DNA from: Candidatus Enterousia sp.
Lineage (GTDB): Bacteria > Pseudomonadota > Alphaproteobacteria > Rs-D84
NCBI GenBank assembly: GCA_045629645.1
Contig: JAZQRR010000034.1
Span: 10,996-74,995, forward strand
Reading direction: 5' to 3'
Length of the DNA stretch: 64,000 nucleotides
Shown here: positions 1 through 9,438 of the stretch, in pieces
Layout of the letters: the number at the start of each line of letters is the position of its first letter
How positions within the stretch are numbered: position 1 is the stretch's first letter
Notes under the pieces: model-generated
What the model saw: the letters and a program-made list of their open reading frames with translations, nothing else
What the model was told of the DNA's origin: nothing
Database searches by the model: none
Position numbers and translations under genes: made by a program

Positions 1-455
1 ACATCTGCAATCTGTTCACGCGTTGCCTCAACATCACTTGACGGCAAATCAACTTTATTCAAGACAGGCAACATTTCCAAATCATTATCCAATGCCAAAT
101 ATGCGTTTGCCAACGTCTGGGCCTGAACCCCTTGGGTTGCATCGACTAAAACCAAGGCACCTTCACACGCCGCCAACGAACGTGAAACTTCATAAGAAAA
201 ATCCACATGCCCCGGCGTATCCATCAAATTCAGCTGATAAGTTTCACCATTTTTTGCAGTATAATTCAAACGCACAGTCTGAGCCTTAATCGTGATTCCA
301 CGTTCACGTTCAATATCCATTGAATCCAGAACCTGCGCCTTCATCTCACGCGATTGCAAGCCACCTGTAAATTCGATTAATCTATCAGACAAAGTTGACT
401 TACCATGATCAATATGTGCAACGATTGAAAAATTACGGATATTAGACTGCTTCAT
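1..455 (-). CDS. lepA: Elongation factor 4 (LepA), N-terminal part; gene continues beyond window start
   Basis: Minus-strand translation from ATG at 455..453 gives [32 protein letters not shown]...[36 protein letters not shown]. This carries the GTPase G1/G3 motifs typical of LepA. The ORF is open to position 1. Confidence 0.9.
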   Translation of the reverse strand, partial: MKQSNIRNFSIVAHIDHGKSTLSDRLIEFTGGLQSREMKAQVLDSMDIERERGITIKAQTVRLNYTAKNGETYQLNLMDTPGHVDFSYEVSRSLAACEGALVLVDATQGVQAQTLANAYLALDNDLEMLPVLNKVDLPSSDVEATREQIAD

Positions 456-519
456 AAAAAACACCTGTGTTAAATATGCGGCAATGATAAACCAGTATTA
501 TCAATTTTTCAAGGTGATT

Positions 520-927
520 TTATAACATTTTTTGCATTTTATTACTTTGTCCCAGACGAGTAAAGCCTGCCTTTTTATAGAAATCAAAAGCCTGAACAGT
601 ATTTCTTGACATCAAACTTATCATCGTTCCACCTGATTTTACAACATAGTCCTGATACGCATTCAACAATGCAGTTCCAACACCAGACCGATGCAATTCA
701 GATAAAACAAACAAATCATCAACATATGCAGATGTTCCACATACACGTCCAATCACAAACCCATTCAAGCGATTATCTTGAATATCTGCGAACATAACGC
801 CACGCCCTGAATTTACTTTATCTTGAATCCAAAAATCAAAATGATTTATTTTACCCATAAAATATGAAACTATATTATAACAATCTAACAGCATATCATC
901 GGATAAAACAGATACTTTTATAATCAT
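520..927 (-). CDS. GNAT-family N-acetyltransferase (RimI-like)
   Basis: 135-aa ORF with an acetyl-CoA binding-like motif (LHRSGVGTALLNAYQDYVVKSGG). It overlaps the rbfA stop by 4 bp, which suggests an operon. Confidence 0.5.
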   Translation of the reverse strand: MIIKVSVLSDDMLLDCYNIVSYFMGKINHFDFWIQDKVNSGRGVMFADIQDNRLNGFVIGRVCGTSAYVDDLFVLSELHRSGVGTALLNAYQDYVVKSGGTMISLMSRNTVQAFDFYKKAGFTRLGQSNKMQKML

Positions 928-1268
928 AAGTTACCTAATAATTCATCAATACGCGCAGCTTTTTCCAGAGTATCATCATATTGAAATCTGATATCTGGCA
1001 CATACTTTTGATTCATTCTTGCCGCCAATTCAAATCGAACCATACGCGTAATATTATCCAATCTTTTTTGCACTGCATCAACATCTTGATTGCGCGTATA
1101 ATAAAACAGTCGCACAAATTGCAAGCCACCATGTGCCACGCTGCCAACCAAAGACACACCTGAAATCAGCGCATCATCCCCCCAATCATCACGCAAAATT
1201 TCTGCGACCAAAGTTTGAACTTTACTGGCGATACGCTCACCACGATTTGAATTCATATTTCTTTTCAT
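924..1268 (-). CDS. rbfA: Ribosome-binding factor A
   Basis: 114 aa. The pattern R-ERIASKVQTLVAEIL ... VSLVGSVAHGGLQFVRLFY ... RFQYDDTLEKAARIDELL matches RbfA KH-like fold conservation. Confidence 0.7.
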   Translation of the reverse strand: MKRNMNSNRGERIASKVQTLVAEILRDDWGDDALISGVSLVGSVAHGGLQFVRLFYYTRNQDVDAVQKRLDNITRMVRFELAARMNQKYVPDIRFQYDDTLEKAARIDELLGNL

Positions 1269-1361
1269 AGTATTTTCACTCTATTTTCATTTATTATAAT
1301 TGTAAAATATAAAATAATAAATTACAATCAAGTAAATTTTCATACGCCCAAGGATAAAAAG

Positions 1362-1937
1362 ATGAAATTTTCTGAATTTATATTAAAAAAATCTGAATCA
1401 CGTGGATATTCATGGATTGTATTTTTATTAACAATATGTGAATCAATATTCTTGTTTATCCCACCCGAAGTTTTTATGACACCCCCAATCATCGCAAACA
1501 AGCGTCGCGCATTACCAATAACAATCGCAGCATCATTGGGATCATTAGTTGGTGGCGCAATCGCATATATGATTGGTCTGTGGCTGTATGATTCTGTTGG
1601 CATATGGTTAATCGAGACTTTTTCAAATCCGGAATTAATAGAAACAGCAATCAAACCAATGTTCACAAAATACGGAATATTAATCATTGTATTAACTGCG
1701 GTCACACCAATACCTTACAAGTTATTAGCGATATGGTTAGGATTTATCGGATATCCAATATTATTATTTCTGGCGGTATCCGCAATATTCCGCACAGGAC
1801 GTTTTGCGATAATCGCAACATTACTGTATTTCTTCCAAGAGCGTGCAAACACAATCGTAAAAAAGTACTTTTGGCCATTAACGATTGGGGCGATTATCAC
1901 AGCAATTCTGGGGATTTGCCTTATTGGTTTATTCTAA
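1362..1937 (+). CDS. DedA/YqaA-family inner-membrane protein
   Basis: 191-aa polytopic membrane protein. The layout is a YqaA-like SNARE-associated domain (FIPPEVFMTPP...PLTIGAIITAILG). Confidence 0.55.
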   Translation: MKFSEFILKKSESRGYSWIVFLLTICESIFLFIPPEVFMTPPIIANKRRALPITIAASLGSLVGGAIAYMIGLWLYDSVGIWLIETFSNPELIETAIKPMFTKYGILIIVLTAVTPIPYKLLAIWLGFIGYPILLFLAVSAIFRTGRFAIIATLLYFFQERANTIVKKYFWPLTIGAIITAILGICLIGLF

Positions 1938-2065
1938 TCAAAACATTATCATACTGGGGGTACAACCCCAGTTTTTTTATTTTCACATATCAGGTTGTGG
2001 CTTTTATCACCCCCGTATAAATATACATTATAACCCACAACTGGTATCATCCCCATAACGACACT

Positions 2066-2104
2066 AAAAAAATATAAAAAATCCCGCGATTGCGGGATTG
2101 TCTT
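2066..2104. terminator. Bidirectional rho-independent terminator between convergent genes
   Basis: Hairpin cccgcgattgcggg (stem cccgc/gcggg) flanked by an A-run and a T-run. It lies between the +strand yqaA-like gene and the first minus-strand paralogue. Confidence 0.6.
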
Positions 2105-2526
2105 TATTCGACCCAAATATCAGCATCTGCCGTTGTAGAGCCCTGCCCACCAGATGGAATCTTACCAAAAATACCATCTGTTTTGGCCCTTGTAACCTGA
2201 CCATCTGCAATCTTGTTTGTTGTTACAGCAGCATCTTTAATTTTTGTTTCTGTAATTGCATCTGTTGCAATTTTGTCTTCTGTTACATTTTGACTCAAAA
2301 TTTTATTCGTTGTAACAGCATCATCTGCAATCATTGCATTTTGGATTTGACCGGTTGTCATCTCACCGGTTTCACCAGTAACGACCGCCATATTTGCCGT
2401 ATCAAACTTTTTCACATTTGCAACAATCGTGTCAACATAAGCCTTGCTGGGAACAGCTGCACTGGCCACACCAGTAACACCGACCAATAAAACAGCCACA
2501 AAAAAAGCAAAAACACATTTATACAT
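2104..2526 (-). CDS. Secreted Ala/Thr-rich repeat protein, paralogue 1 of a 4-gene tandem family
   Basis: Sec signal peptide (MYKCVFAFFVAVLLVGVTGVASA). The N-terminal motif AAVPSKAYVD is shared with the next two genes. There are repeated AVTTNKI / D-KIATDAI units. Confidence 0.55.
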   Translation of the reverse strand: MYKCVFAFFVAVLLVGVTGVASAAVPSKAYVDTIVANVKKFDTANMAVVTGETGEMTTGQIQNAMIADDAVTTNKILSQNVTEDKIATDAITETKIKDAAVTTNKIADGQVTRAKTDGIFGKIPSGGQGSTTADADIWVE

Positions 2527-2672
2527 ATTCTACATTCCCACTGTATTGTAAAAGTTGCCTTTACAATTTTTATAATACAGCACCCATTTTTTATATCAGT
2601 TACAACAAGTTAATTCAGCTTATAAAATCCTGCCGTATGTTGGGGAAAACCCCCAACATACAAAAACCAGAT

Positions 2673-3731
2673 TTAGCGTGTAATCAGTTCCCAACCATAA
2701 GTTGTAACTTCCTGACCTTCTGCGTTCTGGGAAACGACCTTGGTCAAAACATATGTACCATTGTCGGATACTGACGCACCAGCAATACCTGTTTCAAAGC
2801 CCTGCAATGCTTCAATCGCAGCATCCTGTGTTGCCTGAGAAGCGTCCAATGCATCTACCTTATCTTCATATGCGATTGCTGCATATTTTGCAGCAGCATC
2901 TGACGCTGCTTCAGAAATAGCATCAGCCTTAGCGGTATTAACATCAGTCGTTGTCGCCATATCAGCAGTCTTTGTCTGTAATGCAGAAATCGCATCATCT
3001 TGTGTTTTCTGGGAAGCATCAACTTCTGTTTTTGTATAAACACTACCAGCATCTGCCTTGGCATTAATCTTAGCTTCCAATGCGTTTGTTTGTTCTGTCT
3101 GAGATTGTGTGAATGTTTCTGTCAAAACATAACTATTCAATGCAGAAGCATCCGCCTTGCCTGCAACTTCTGTTGCCAAGTCTGTAACTGTCTGAGAATC
3201 TGCCTTGGCACCCAACACATCTGTCAATCCGTTAACCTGAGATTGTTCAATTGTTGCAGATGTTGTGATTAAACCGTCAGCACCTGTGATAACAACTTTA
3301 TTTTCATTCCCTGTACCCTGATCCTTGTCAACCTTGCCTGCAACAGCTGTATCTGTTGGCAAGGCACCCAAAGCTTCTTTCAAACCATCAACCTGATCTT
3401 GTGAAATTACAGTAGAAACCTGCACTTTACCGGTTGCATCAGTTGTTACAACACCGTTTGTTGTTGCTTGTGTTGCCGCAACCTTGCCATCAATTTGTGA
3501 CTGCAAACTGCTGTCCGCCGCCTTGTATGCTACTTCAATTGCAGAATCAGCTGCCTGACGATCTGTAATTTCTTGTGCCAATGCAGATTGTTCTGCCTTA
3601 GATTCCAAACTTGTGTTAATACCACCAACCAAGCCATCAACATATGCTTTTGATGTAACAGCCGCGTCTGCTGCACCCATTACTGTCAATCCCAAGATTG
3701 ATGCAAATATACCTGCTGTTAATTTTTTCAT
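2673..3731 (-). CDS. Secreted coiled-coil/tail-fibre-like repeat protein, paralogue 2
   Basis: Signal peptide MKKLTAGIFASILGLTVMGAADA followed by AVTSKAYVDGLV. SKAEQSALAQEITDRQAADSA and QSQVNGLTDVLGAKADSQTVTDLATEVAGKADASALNSYVLTETF are shared almost verbatim with paralogue 3. Confidence 0.65.
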   Translation of the reverse strand: MKKLTAGIFASILGLTVMGAADAAVTSKAYVDGLVGGINTSLESKAEQSALAQEITDRQAADSAIEVAYKAADSSLQSQIDGKVAATQATTNGVVTTDATGKVQVSTVISQDQVDGLKEALGALPTDTAVAGKVDKDQGTGNENKVVITGADGLITTSATIEQSQVNGLTDVLGAKADSQTVTDLATEVAGKADASALNSYVLTETFTQSQTEQTNALEAKINAKADAGSVYTKTEVDASQKTQDDAISALQTKTADMATTTDVNTAKADAISEAASDAAAKYAAIAYEDKVDALDASQATQDAAIEALQGFETGIAGASVSDNGTYVLTKVVSQNAEGQEVTTYGWELITR

Positions 3732-3765
3732 TTTTTTCTTCCTTTCTTTCGTTTTGTTTTTTTAT

Positions 3766-4950
3766 TTAGAATGATTCTGATTCACCTAATTCCAGTTTTA
3801 ACCATGTTGGTGTCTTAGAATTTTTCTGAACACCCAATACACATGTTGTTTCAGCACAATCTGCTGGAACCGGCAATGTATAGTTCATAACGGCCTGGGA
3901 TGTTGCCAAACCTGTCGCACCATCTGCGATTGCCGCATCCGCATTAACTGCGATTGTATCTGTTGCGTTATCAACCTTTACATATGCATCACCAGAAGTA
4001 TATTCAATCGCTTCAGCAGTCGCAGTAATTATATTTGTCTCGGCATCAATTTCAATACCGTCACCCGCGGTCAATTTTGCCTGCTTTTTATCAATTTCTG
4101 TTTGCAAGCTATTATCTGCATTTGTACGATTTGTAATTTCAGCAGACAAGTCTGTCTGAGACGCTTTTGCATCAACAACTAACGACAAATTGTCCAACGC
4201 TGTTTGTGATGCCTTGCCCGCAACTTCTGTCGCCAAATCTGTAACTGTCTGAGCATCTGCTTTGCCCGCAATCTGACCAGCTAATTCAGTATCTTTGTTT
4301 TCCAAAGCTGTAATTTTATTATCTTGTGCCAACTGACCTGCACTATATGTTTCTGTCAAAACCCAATCTTTCAAGTCAGATGTATTTGCCTTGCCTGCAA
4401 CCTCTGTTGCCAAGTTTTCTAAATCAGCCTGAGCAGCCTTGGCACCCAACGCATCAACCAAACCATTAACTTGCGACTGTTCAATCACTGCAGCCGCTGT
4501 AATTGCACCACTTGCATCTGTTACAACAACCTTGTTTGCATTTTCTGTACCCAAGTTTTTATTCAATTTACCTTCAATCACACCTTCGGACGCCAAACCC
4601 GATGTACGTTCGATAACATAGTCAACAACATTCTGCGAACTTGCATCTGTTGGAATTGTACCAACATAAGTCTTTTCCGCTTTGGCATTAATCTGAGATT
4701 GCAAACTACTATCTGCACTTTCACGCGCCGAAGCTTCCGAAGCAATCTGCCCAGACAAAGCCTGATCTGCCGCTGCACGATCTGTAATTTCTTGATTCAA
4801 CACAGATTGTTCTGCCTTGGATGCAACCGCCGCTACAACTTTGTCATCAACATATTTCTTTGATGTAACTTCAACCGCCATCGCAGGTGCCACAACACCA
4901 CCCAAGATAACAGCCATCACGCCTGAAAACATAATATTTTTGATTGTCAT
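3766..4950 (-). CDS. Secreted coiled-coil/tail-fibre-like repeat protein, paralogue 3
   Basis: Signal peptide, then VEVTSKKYVDDKV and SKAEQSVLNQEITDRAAADQAL. There are two internal copies of LATEVAGKA(N/S). The C-terminus is Cys-containing and ends ...LKLELGESESF. Confidence 0.65.
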   Translation of the reverse strand: MTIKNIMFSGVMAVILGGVVAPAMAVEVTSKKYVDDKVVAAVASKAEQSVLNQEITDRAAADQALSGQIASEASARESADSSLQSQINAKAEKTYVGTIPTDASSQNVVDYVIERTSGLASEGVIEGKLNKNLGTENANKVVVTDASGAITAAAVIEQSQVNGLVDALGAKAAQADLENLATEVAGKANTSDLKDWVLTETYSAGQLAQDNKITALENKDTELAGQIAGKADAQTVTDLATEVAGKASQTALDNLSLVVDAKASQTDLSAEITNRTNADNSLQTEIDKKQAKLTAGDGIEIDAETNIITATAEAIEYTSGDAYVKVDNATDTIAVNADAAIADGATGLATSQAVMNYTLPVPADCAETTCVLGVQKNSKTPTWLKLELGESESF

Positions 4951-4975
4951 TGTTTCCTTCCTTTTTTCGTTTTTC

Positions 4976-5887
4976 TTAATTATTTGTTATCACGTTCGTT
5001 TGTGCATCTTCGACCACAACAGTCAAAGATTCCCACGATTTTTTATCCGCATCGTACACATACATCCCTGTACCCGCCGGTGCCTGCAATCCACCAGACG
5101 ACATTACTTCTAATCCTTCAACGCGTGCCGACAATTCATCCAATTCAGACTGTTCTGCCTTGGACGCCAAATCCGTTTTATCCGCTTTACCTTCCAACAA
5201 GGCACCAACAATACTGTTTACATAACCTTCAACAACCGAATCCAAGCCCTGAATTGCATCCTCTATCTTCGTCAAGCGTTCTTCTAAGTCTGTTACATCT
5301 TGAATACCGGAAACATTGATTTCAACCCCGTTAACCGTCAACCTTCCATCAACTTCATCAAATTCAAGACTGTCAACATCCTGTAATTTCTCTTTAACTC
5401 TTTCTAACTGGGCAATAACAGAATCTGCATTTTCAAACCCAACAAAGTCCTTGATATCATCAATATTATTTACAACATTGGTCAAATCCTGCTTAATATC
5501 CGAAATTTCATTTTTCACTTCCGTCACATCAACAGACGAACCACCAACAATTGGCTTTGAAACAGAACCTGTCGCCGCACTAGTCCCCGCCAGATAACGA
5601 CCGATTGACAAACGTGGCGTCGCAGCAGCACGCGACGAAGAAACACGCGTATTCGACAACGACCCCGAACCAGATGTAGTACGAGCCGCCCCAACACGGG
5701 TTGCGCCAGTTGCCCCATCAGACACACTTGTACCACCCGACTTGGCAGTAGCCGCACTGGCCGCACTGGAATACGTACCAGCACCACCCAACGAACGAAC
5801 CGAAGACGCCGCAAACGCAGGCATTGACATCACCGCACACAGTACGCTGACAATAGATAATGTTGATATTCTAAAATTATGTTTCAT
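4976..5887 (-). CDS. Secreted Ser/Gly/Thr-rich plus coiled-coil protein, paralogue 4 (divergent)
   Basis: Signal peptide MKHNFRISTLSIVSVLCAVMSMPAFA, then a low-complexity S/G/T/A region and a coiled coil. It shares the LEGKADKTDLASKAEQSELDEL motif with paralogues 2 and 3. Confidence 0.6.
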   Translation of the reverse strand: MKHNFRISTLSIVSVLCAVMSMPAFAASSVRSLGGAGTYSSAASAATAKSGGTSVSDGATGATRVGAARTTSGSGSLSNTRVSSSRAAATPRLSIGRYLAGTSAATGSVSKPIVGGSSVDVTEVKNEISDIKQDLTNVVNNIDDIKDFVGFENADSVIAQLERVKEKLQDVDSLEFDEVDGRLTVNGVEINVSGIQDVTDLEERLTKIEDAIQGLDSVVEGYVNSIVGALLEGKADKTDLASKAEQSELDELSARVEGLEVMSSGGLQAPAGTGMYVYDADKKSWESLTVVVEDAQTNVITNN

Positions 5888-5966
5888 GTCCTCTCTCTAC
5901 TGCTGTTTATTATACCATTTTTGCGAATCGGGCGCAACTGTTTTTTATCCCAGAAAACCGCACCTT

Positions 5967-6662
5967 TTAGAAATTATATTTCAAGCCAATAGATACACTA
6001 TTATCTAATATAAGCCCTATTTCATTTTTAAATTCATACCCATAGGTATCTATGCGCTTATGTTCTGTACCCATCAGTCCCGCCAAACGATAACGAATAT
6101 CTAATGTCAAATTATAATCCAATTTATGAGAATAACCCAACATCACACCAACAATTGGCGAAACCCTACTTTCTTTTCTGTCACCCCCAACAAAATAATC
6201 TCCATCTAATTCCGTTGTTGGCAATGCAATACCCGCACCTGCACCAACATACAAACCATTCAAGAAATCATAATATCCATTAAACATCAAATAAGGCACA
6301 GTCAGTTTAAAAGTATTTTGATGATCTTTATCTTCAAAGACACCTAACATACCAGCTTCAACTTCGCCACGCCAAAAAGCGTCAAAACTGTAACCAAAGA
6401 ACACATCTCCACCAAATAACACTTCGAACGAATATTTATCAGAATCCTTGTCACCCAATTCTGTATGTGAATATTCATTTTCCCAATTCATCATATTCAA
6501 AGACAAATGACCACCAATATACCATCCACTTTTTGCCTTGTCCGTATAATCATACGTTACATTATATGCACCAGCCCCCGTACGCTGAATATAGCTGGGT
6601 GCAGCATTTGCCGCAACAGTAGCCATAATCCCCATAAATGCATAGCCTAAAACTTTTTTCAT
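5967..6662 (-). CDS. Small outer-membrane beta-barrel protein (OmpA/opacity-porin-like)
   Basis: Start at ATG 6662..6660, preceded by a GGGAGG RBS. Signal peptide MKKVLGYAFMGIMATVAANA, alternating amphipathic beta-strands, and a C-terminal ...GLKYNF with terminal Phe. Confidence 0.6.
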   Translation of the reverse strand: MKKVLGYAFMGIMATVAANAAPSYIQRTGAGAYNVTYDYTDKAKSGWYIGGHLSLNMMNWENEYSHTELGDKDSDKYSFEVLFGGDVFFGYSFDAFWRGEVEAGMLGVFEDKDHQNTFKLTVPYLMFNGYYDFLNGLYVGAGAGIALPTTELDGDYFVGGDRKESRVSPIVGVMLGYSHKLDYNLTLDIRYRLAGLMGTEHKRIDTYGYEFKNEIGLILDNSVSIGLKYNF

Positions 6663-6801
6663 GACAATAATCCTCCCTAATTTTTTCATAAGTATATCAT
6701 AAAAACACATTAATTCCAAAACATAAAAAACATATATTGACATTTTTTTGCAAATTATGTTTAATTAATATTAACAAAAAAATTATTCAGGGAGTATCTT
6801 C

Positions 6802-7197
6802 ATGAAAAAAATTTTAGCAATACTGACAATCACAGGCCTGACCGCTTGCAGCAACTGTATTTCAGACATAAACGGACAACAAGTTTTCTTTGATTTCGAT
6901 TCGGCAAAAATCACAGAAGACGCACGCAAAAATTTACACGCCCAAGCAAACTATCTAAAAAACAACCCAGAAACAAACATTACCATCCAAGGACGTTGCG
7001 ATGAACGCGGCAGCACAGAATACAACTTGGCACTGGGTGCATTGCGCGCAGGTAACGCCGCACACGTTTTAATACACGAAGGAATCAAACCAGAACGTAT
7101 TAAAACAGTATCTTATGGCAAAGAAAACCCATTATATACTGGTACTGGCGAAAAAGTCTGGTCAAAAAACCGCAACGCAACAACGGTTATCAGATAA
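6802..7197 (+). CDS. pal: Peptidoglycan-associated lipoprotein (OmpA-domain lipoprotein)
   Basis: Lipobox LTAC, then OmpA-like domain motifs (FDFDSAKI...NITIQGRCDERGSTEYNLALGALRAGNAAHVL). 131 aa. Confidence 0.75.
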   Translation: MKKILAILTITGLTACSNCISDINGQQVFFDFDSAKITEDARKNLHAQANYLKNNPETNITIQGRCDERGSTEYNLALGALRAGNAAHVLIHEGIKPERIKTVSYGKENPLYTGTGEKVWSKNRNATTVIR

Positions 7198-7204
7198 AAA
7201 ATAT

Positions 7205-7238
7205 CAACAATACCCCAAAACGGGGTATTTTTATTTGA
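7205..7238. terminator. Rho-independent terminator after pal
   Basis: Hairpin accccaaaacggggt followed by a T-run. Confidence 0.6.
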
Positions 7239-7270
7239 CCATAAAAAAATTTTTTACTATATTTTAAAAC

Positions 7271-8059
7271 ATGGAAGAAAGGACGACTATATCTTTTGCA
7301 AACGTTGCCGCACGATATGACGGCACCCCCGAGATATTAACCGACGTATCTTTTAATATCAGCGGTGGCGGCTTTTACTTTTTGTCCGGCGCATCTGGCG
7401 CAGGCAAAACAACACTATTACGTTTGATATACCAATTACACAAACCATCACGCGGCCAGATAAAACTGTTTGGCCAAACAACAAACAATTTATCTCGCGA
7501 TGAAATTACAAAACTGCGCCAAAAAATGGCTATTGTGTTTCAAGAATACTCTTTGCTCTCACATCTCAGTGTTTTTGACAATGTCGCCCTGCCCCTGCGT
7601 GTACGCGGTATCAGCGAACAAAAAATAAAAAAATTAGTAATCAAGGTTCTGGACTGGGTCGGATTGGGCAAATATGCTGAATCTAATCCAAAGGCATTAT
7701 CCGGTGGACAACAACAACGCGTATCTGTTGCGCGCGCCATTATTGTTCAGCCTGCTATCCTGTTAGCAGACGAACCAACCGGCAATTTGGACGATGAAAA
7801 CGCATCCCGCCTGATGGAACTGTTCATACAGATGAATAAAATGTTCGGCACAACAATTATCTTGGCAACACACAGCAAAAAACTGATGGACACGTACAAA
7901 TTCCCTGTAATTCACGTAGAAAATCATCGGGTTAATTTTACTGGCAAACAAAATAGCCCCACAAATACAGAACCGCCCAAGAAAATCTGGAAAGGTCCAA
8001 AACCACAAAATTATTTTACAGAACTATCAAAACAATTTGACGATATTGGGAACAAATGA
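7271..8059 (+). CDS. ftsE: Cell-division ABC transporter ATP-binding protein FtsE
   Basis: Walker A GASGAGKTTLL, ABC signature LSGGQQQRVSVARA, Walker B ILLADEPTGNLD. It overlaps the downstream ftsX-like gene by 4 bp. Confidence 0.85.
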   Translation: MEERTTISFANVAARYDGTPEILTDVSFNISGGGFYFLSGASGAGKTTLLRLIYQLHKPSRGQIKLFGQTTNNLSRDEITKLRQKMAIVFQEYSLLSHLSVFDNVALPLRVRGISEQKIKKLVIKVLDWVGLGKYAESNPKALSGGQQQRVSVARAIIVQPAILLADEPTGNLDDENASRLMELFIQMNKMFGTTIILATHSKKLMDTYKFPVIHVENHRVNFTGKQNSPTNTEPPKKIWKGPKPQNYFTELSKQFDDIGNK

Positions 8060-8898
8060 TAAGAAATCCGATTGTATTTTCACTGGTTCACGAACAGTCA
8101 TTATTTATGACAGCCATTATGTCATTACTGTCTTTTTTATCTGTATTGGCATTTGGCGTTGCAATCTCTATTGGCACGGGTGTTATTCGTTGGAACAACC
8201 AATGGGAATTAGTTGCAACAGTGCAAACAACAGACGCAAAAAACGTACAACCTGTTCAAAAAATCATCGACAAAAACACAGACAAGTTTGAATCTGTAAC
8301 TGTTATATCCGAAAAACAAATGCAAGACTTAATGGCCCCATGGATATCTGGCAACACAAAAATATTAAAAGAATACCTGCCAACAATGTGGGAAATAAAA
8401 TTCAAGACAAAGTCAGACCTGACGCAATTTGGCACAGAAATTTCCAAAAACGCCCGTTTTTTAACTCACGCCAGCGCACTTAAATCATCCACTTCTGCTG
8501 GATGGAAAATGATATTAATGTCAGGCATGGTACTTATATTAACACTGTCTGCCATTGGTTTTTGCATATCGTATATTGCGAAAAATACCGCCATGTTACA
8601 TCGACGCGAACTAGAAATACTTAATCAAATTGGCGCATCAGACAAATTTGTCGCACGACAGATGCAACTGATTGTCGCAAAAATCAGCACAATCGCCACA
8701 AGCATTGGTTTTATCAGTGCCGTGCCAATACTATTATTAATCATGTCCGCGGCACACGGCACCAAAATCGGCTTAATGTCAATGATGACAATATCTGGTT
8801 TCGGCTGGACCCTGTTAATAACATTACCGATATCTATAATAATATTCTCTATATACATAACCAGAAAGACAACTCTTAACATATTGAAAAACAGCTAA
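8056..8898 (+). CDS. ftsX: Cell-division permease FtsX
   Basis: 280-aa membrane protein immediately downstream of ftsE. It has an N-terminal TM, a periplasmic loop, then three C-terminal TMs, which is FtsX topology. Confidence 0.7.
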   Translation: MIRNPIVFSLVHEQSLFMTAIMSLLSFLSVLAFGVAISIGTGVIRWNNQWELVATVQTTDAKNVQPVQKIIDKNTDKFESVTVISEKQMQDLMAPWISGNTKILKEYLPTMWEIKFKTKSDLTQFGTEISKNARFLTHASALKSSTSAGWKMILMSGMVLILTLSAIGFCISYIAKNTAMLHRRELEILNQIGASDKFVARQMQLIVAKISTIATSIGFISAVPILLLIMSAAHGTKIGLMSMMTISGFGWTLLITLPISIIIFSIYITRKTTLNILKNS

Positions 8899-9416
8899 TG
8901 ATTATAAGACGCTTATTAAATCCATCTTTTTTATTTTTAGCATTATTTATCATTGGCGGCATGACGTTCAAGGCCCGAACACCAAACCAATGCGGTCAAA
9001 TTACCGCTAATGACAGTATTTTTGTCTTGACTGGCGACGCACGCAGAATCCCATTTGCCATAAAAAAAATGAACGAATACCCTGACGCAAATCTGTATAT
9101 CATTGGTGCGGGCGCATCAGGACTTGATAATATCGCCCCACATGCAATAATTGAAACACAATCAAAATCAACATATCAAAACGCATTGGCTATAAAAAAA
9201 ATCGCTATACAACAAGACTTAAACCGTCTGGTTATAATCACCACCGAAGACCATATGAATCGCGCTAATTATCTGATACAAAGTGAACTACCCGATGCCG
9301 TTGTAATATCATGCCCTGTCGCTTTGATTAGTATGCCACCTGGAAAAAGACTTGAAAGATGGGCAACAGAATATATAAAATACATCGTAACAATGACAGG
9401 AATTAAAGAAAGTTAA
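8898..9416 (+). CDS. DUF218/YdcF-family protein
   Basis: 172 aa with an N-terminal TM and a DUF218-like core (IFVLTGDARRIP...LYIIGAGASG...LVIITTEDHMNRA). Confidence 0.45.
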   Translation: MIIRRLLNPSFLFLALFIIGGMTFKARTPNQCGQITANDSIFVLTGDARRIPFAIKKMNEYPDANLYIIGAGASGLDNIAPHAIIETQSKSTYQNALAIKKIAIQQDLNRLVIITTEDHMNRANYLIQSELPDAVVISCPVALISMPPGKRLERWATEYIKYIVTMTGIKES

Positions 9417-9438
9417 AAACAAAAAAAGGAAATTTATC

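Noticed and set aside
606-797. Numerous 60-140 aa ORFs in the track lie antisense to, or out of frame within, well-supported genes. Examples are 606..797, 981..1163, 2098..2490, 3000..3272, 4471..4863, 5524..5814, 14859..15332, 22486..22920 and 46084..46872.
   Set aside because: They overlap genes with strong homology signatures. They have Cys/His/Arg- or Leu-rich junk compositions typical of antisense frames of AT-rich, Ala/Thr-rich coding DNA. They lack RBSs.
2104-5887. Considered calling the four paralogous coiled-coil genes a prophage tail-fibre module.
   Set aside because: Every member has a Sec signal peptide. No capsid, terminase, baseplate or integrase genes are adjacent, and the flanks are housekeeping genes (yqaA-like, OMP, pal).
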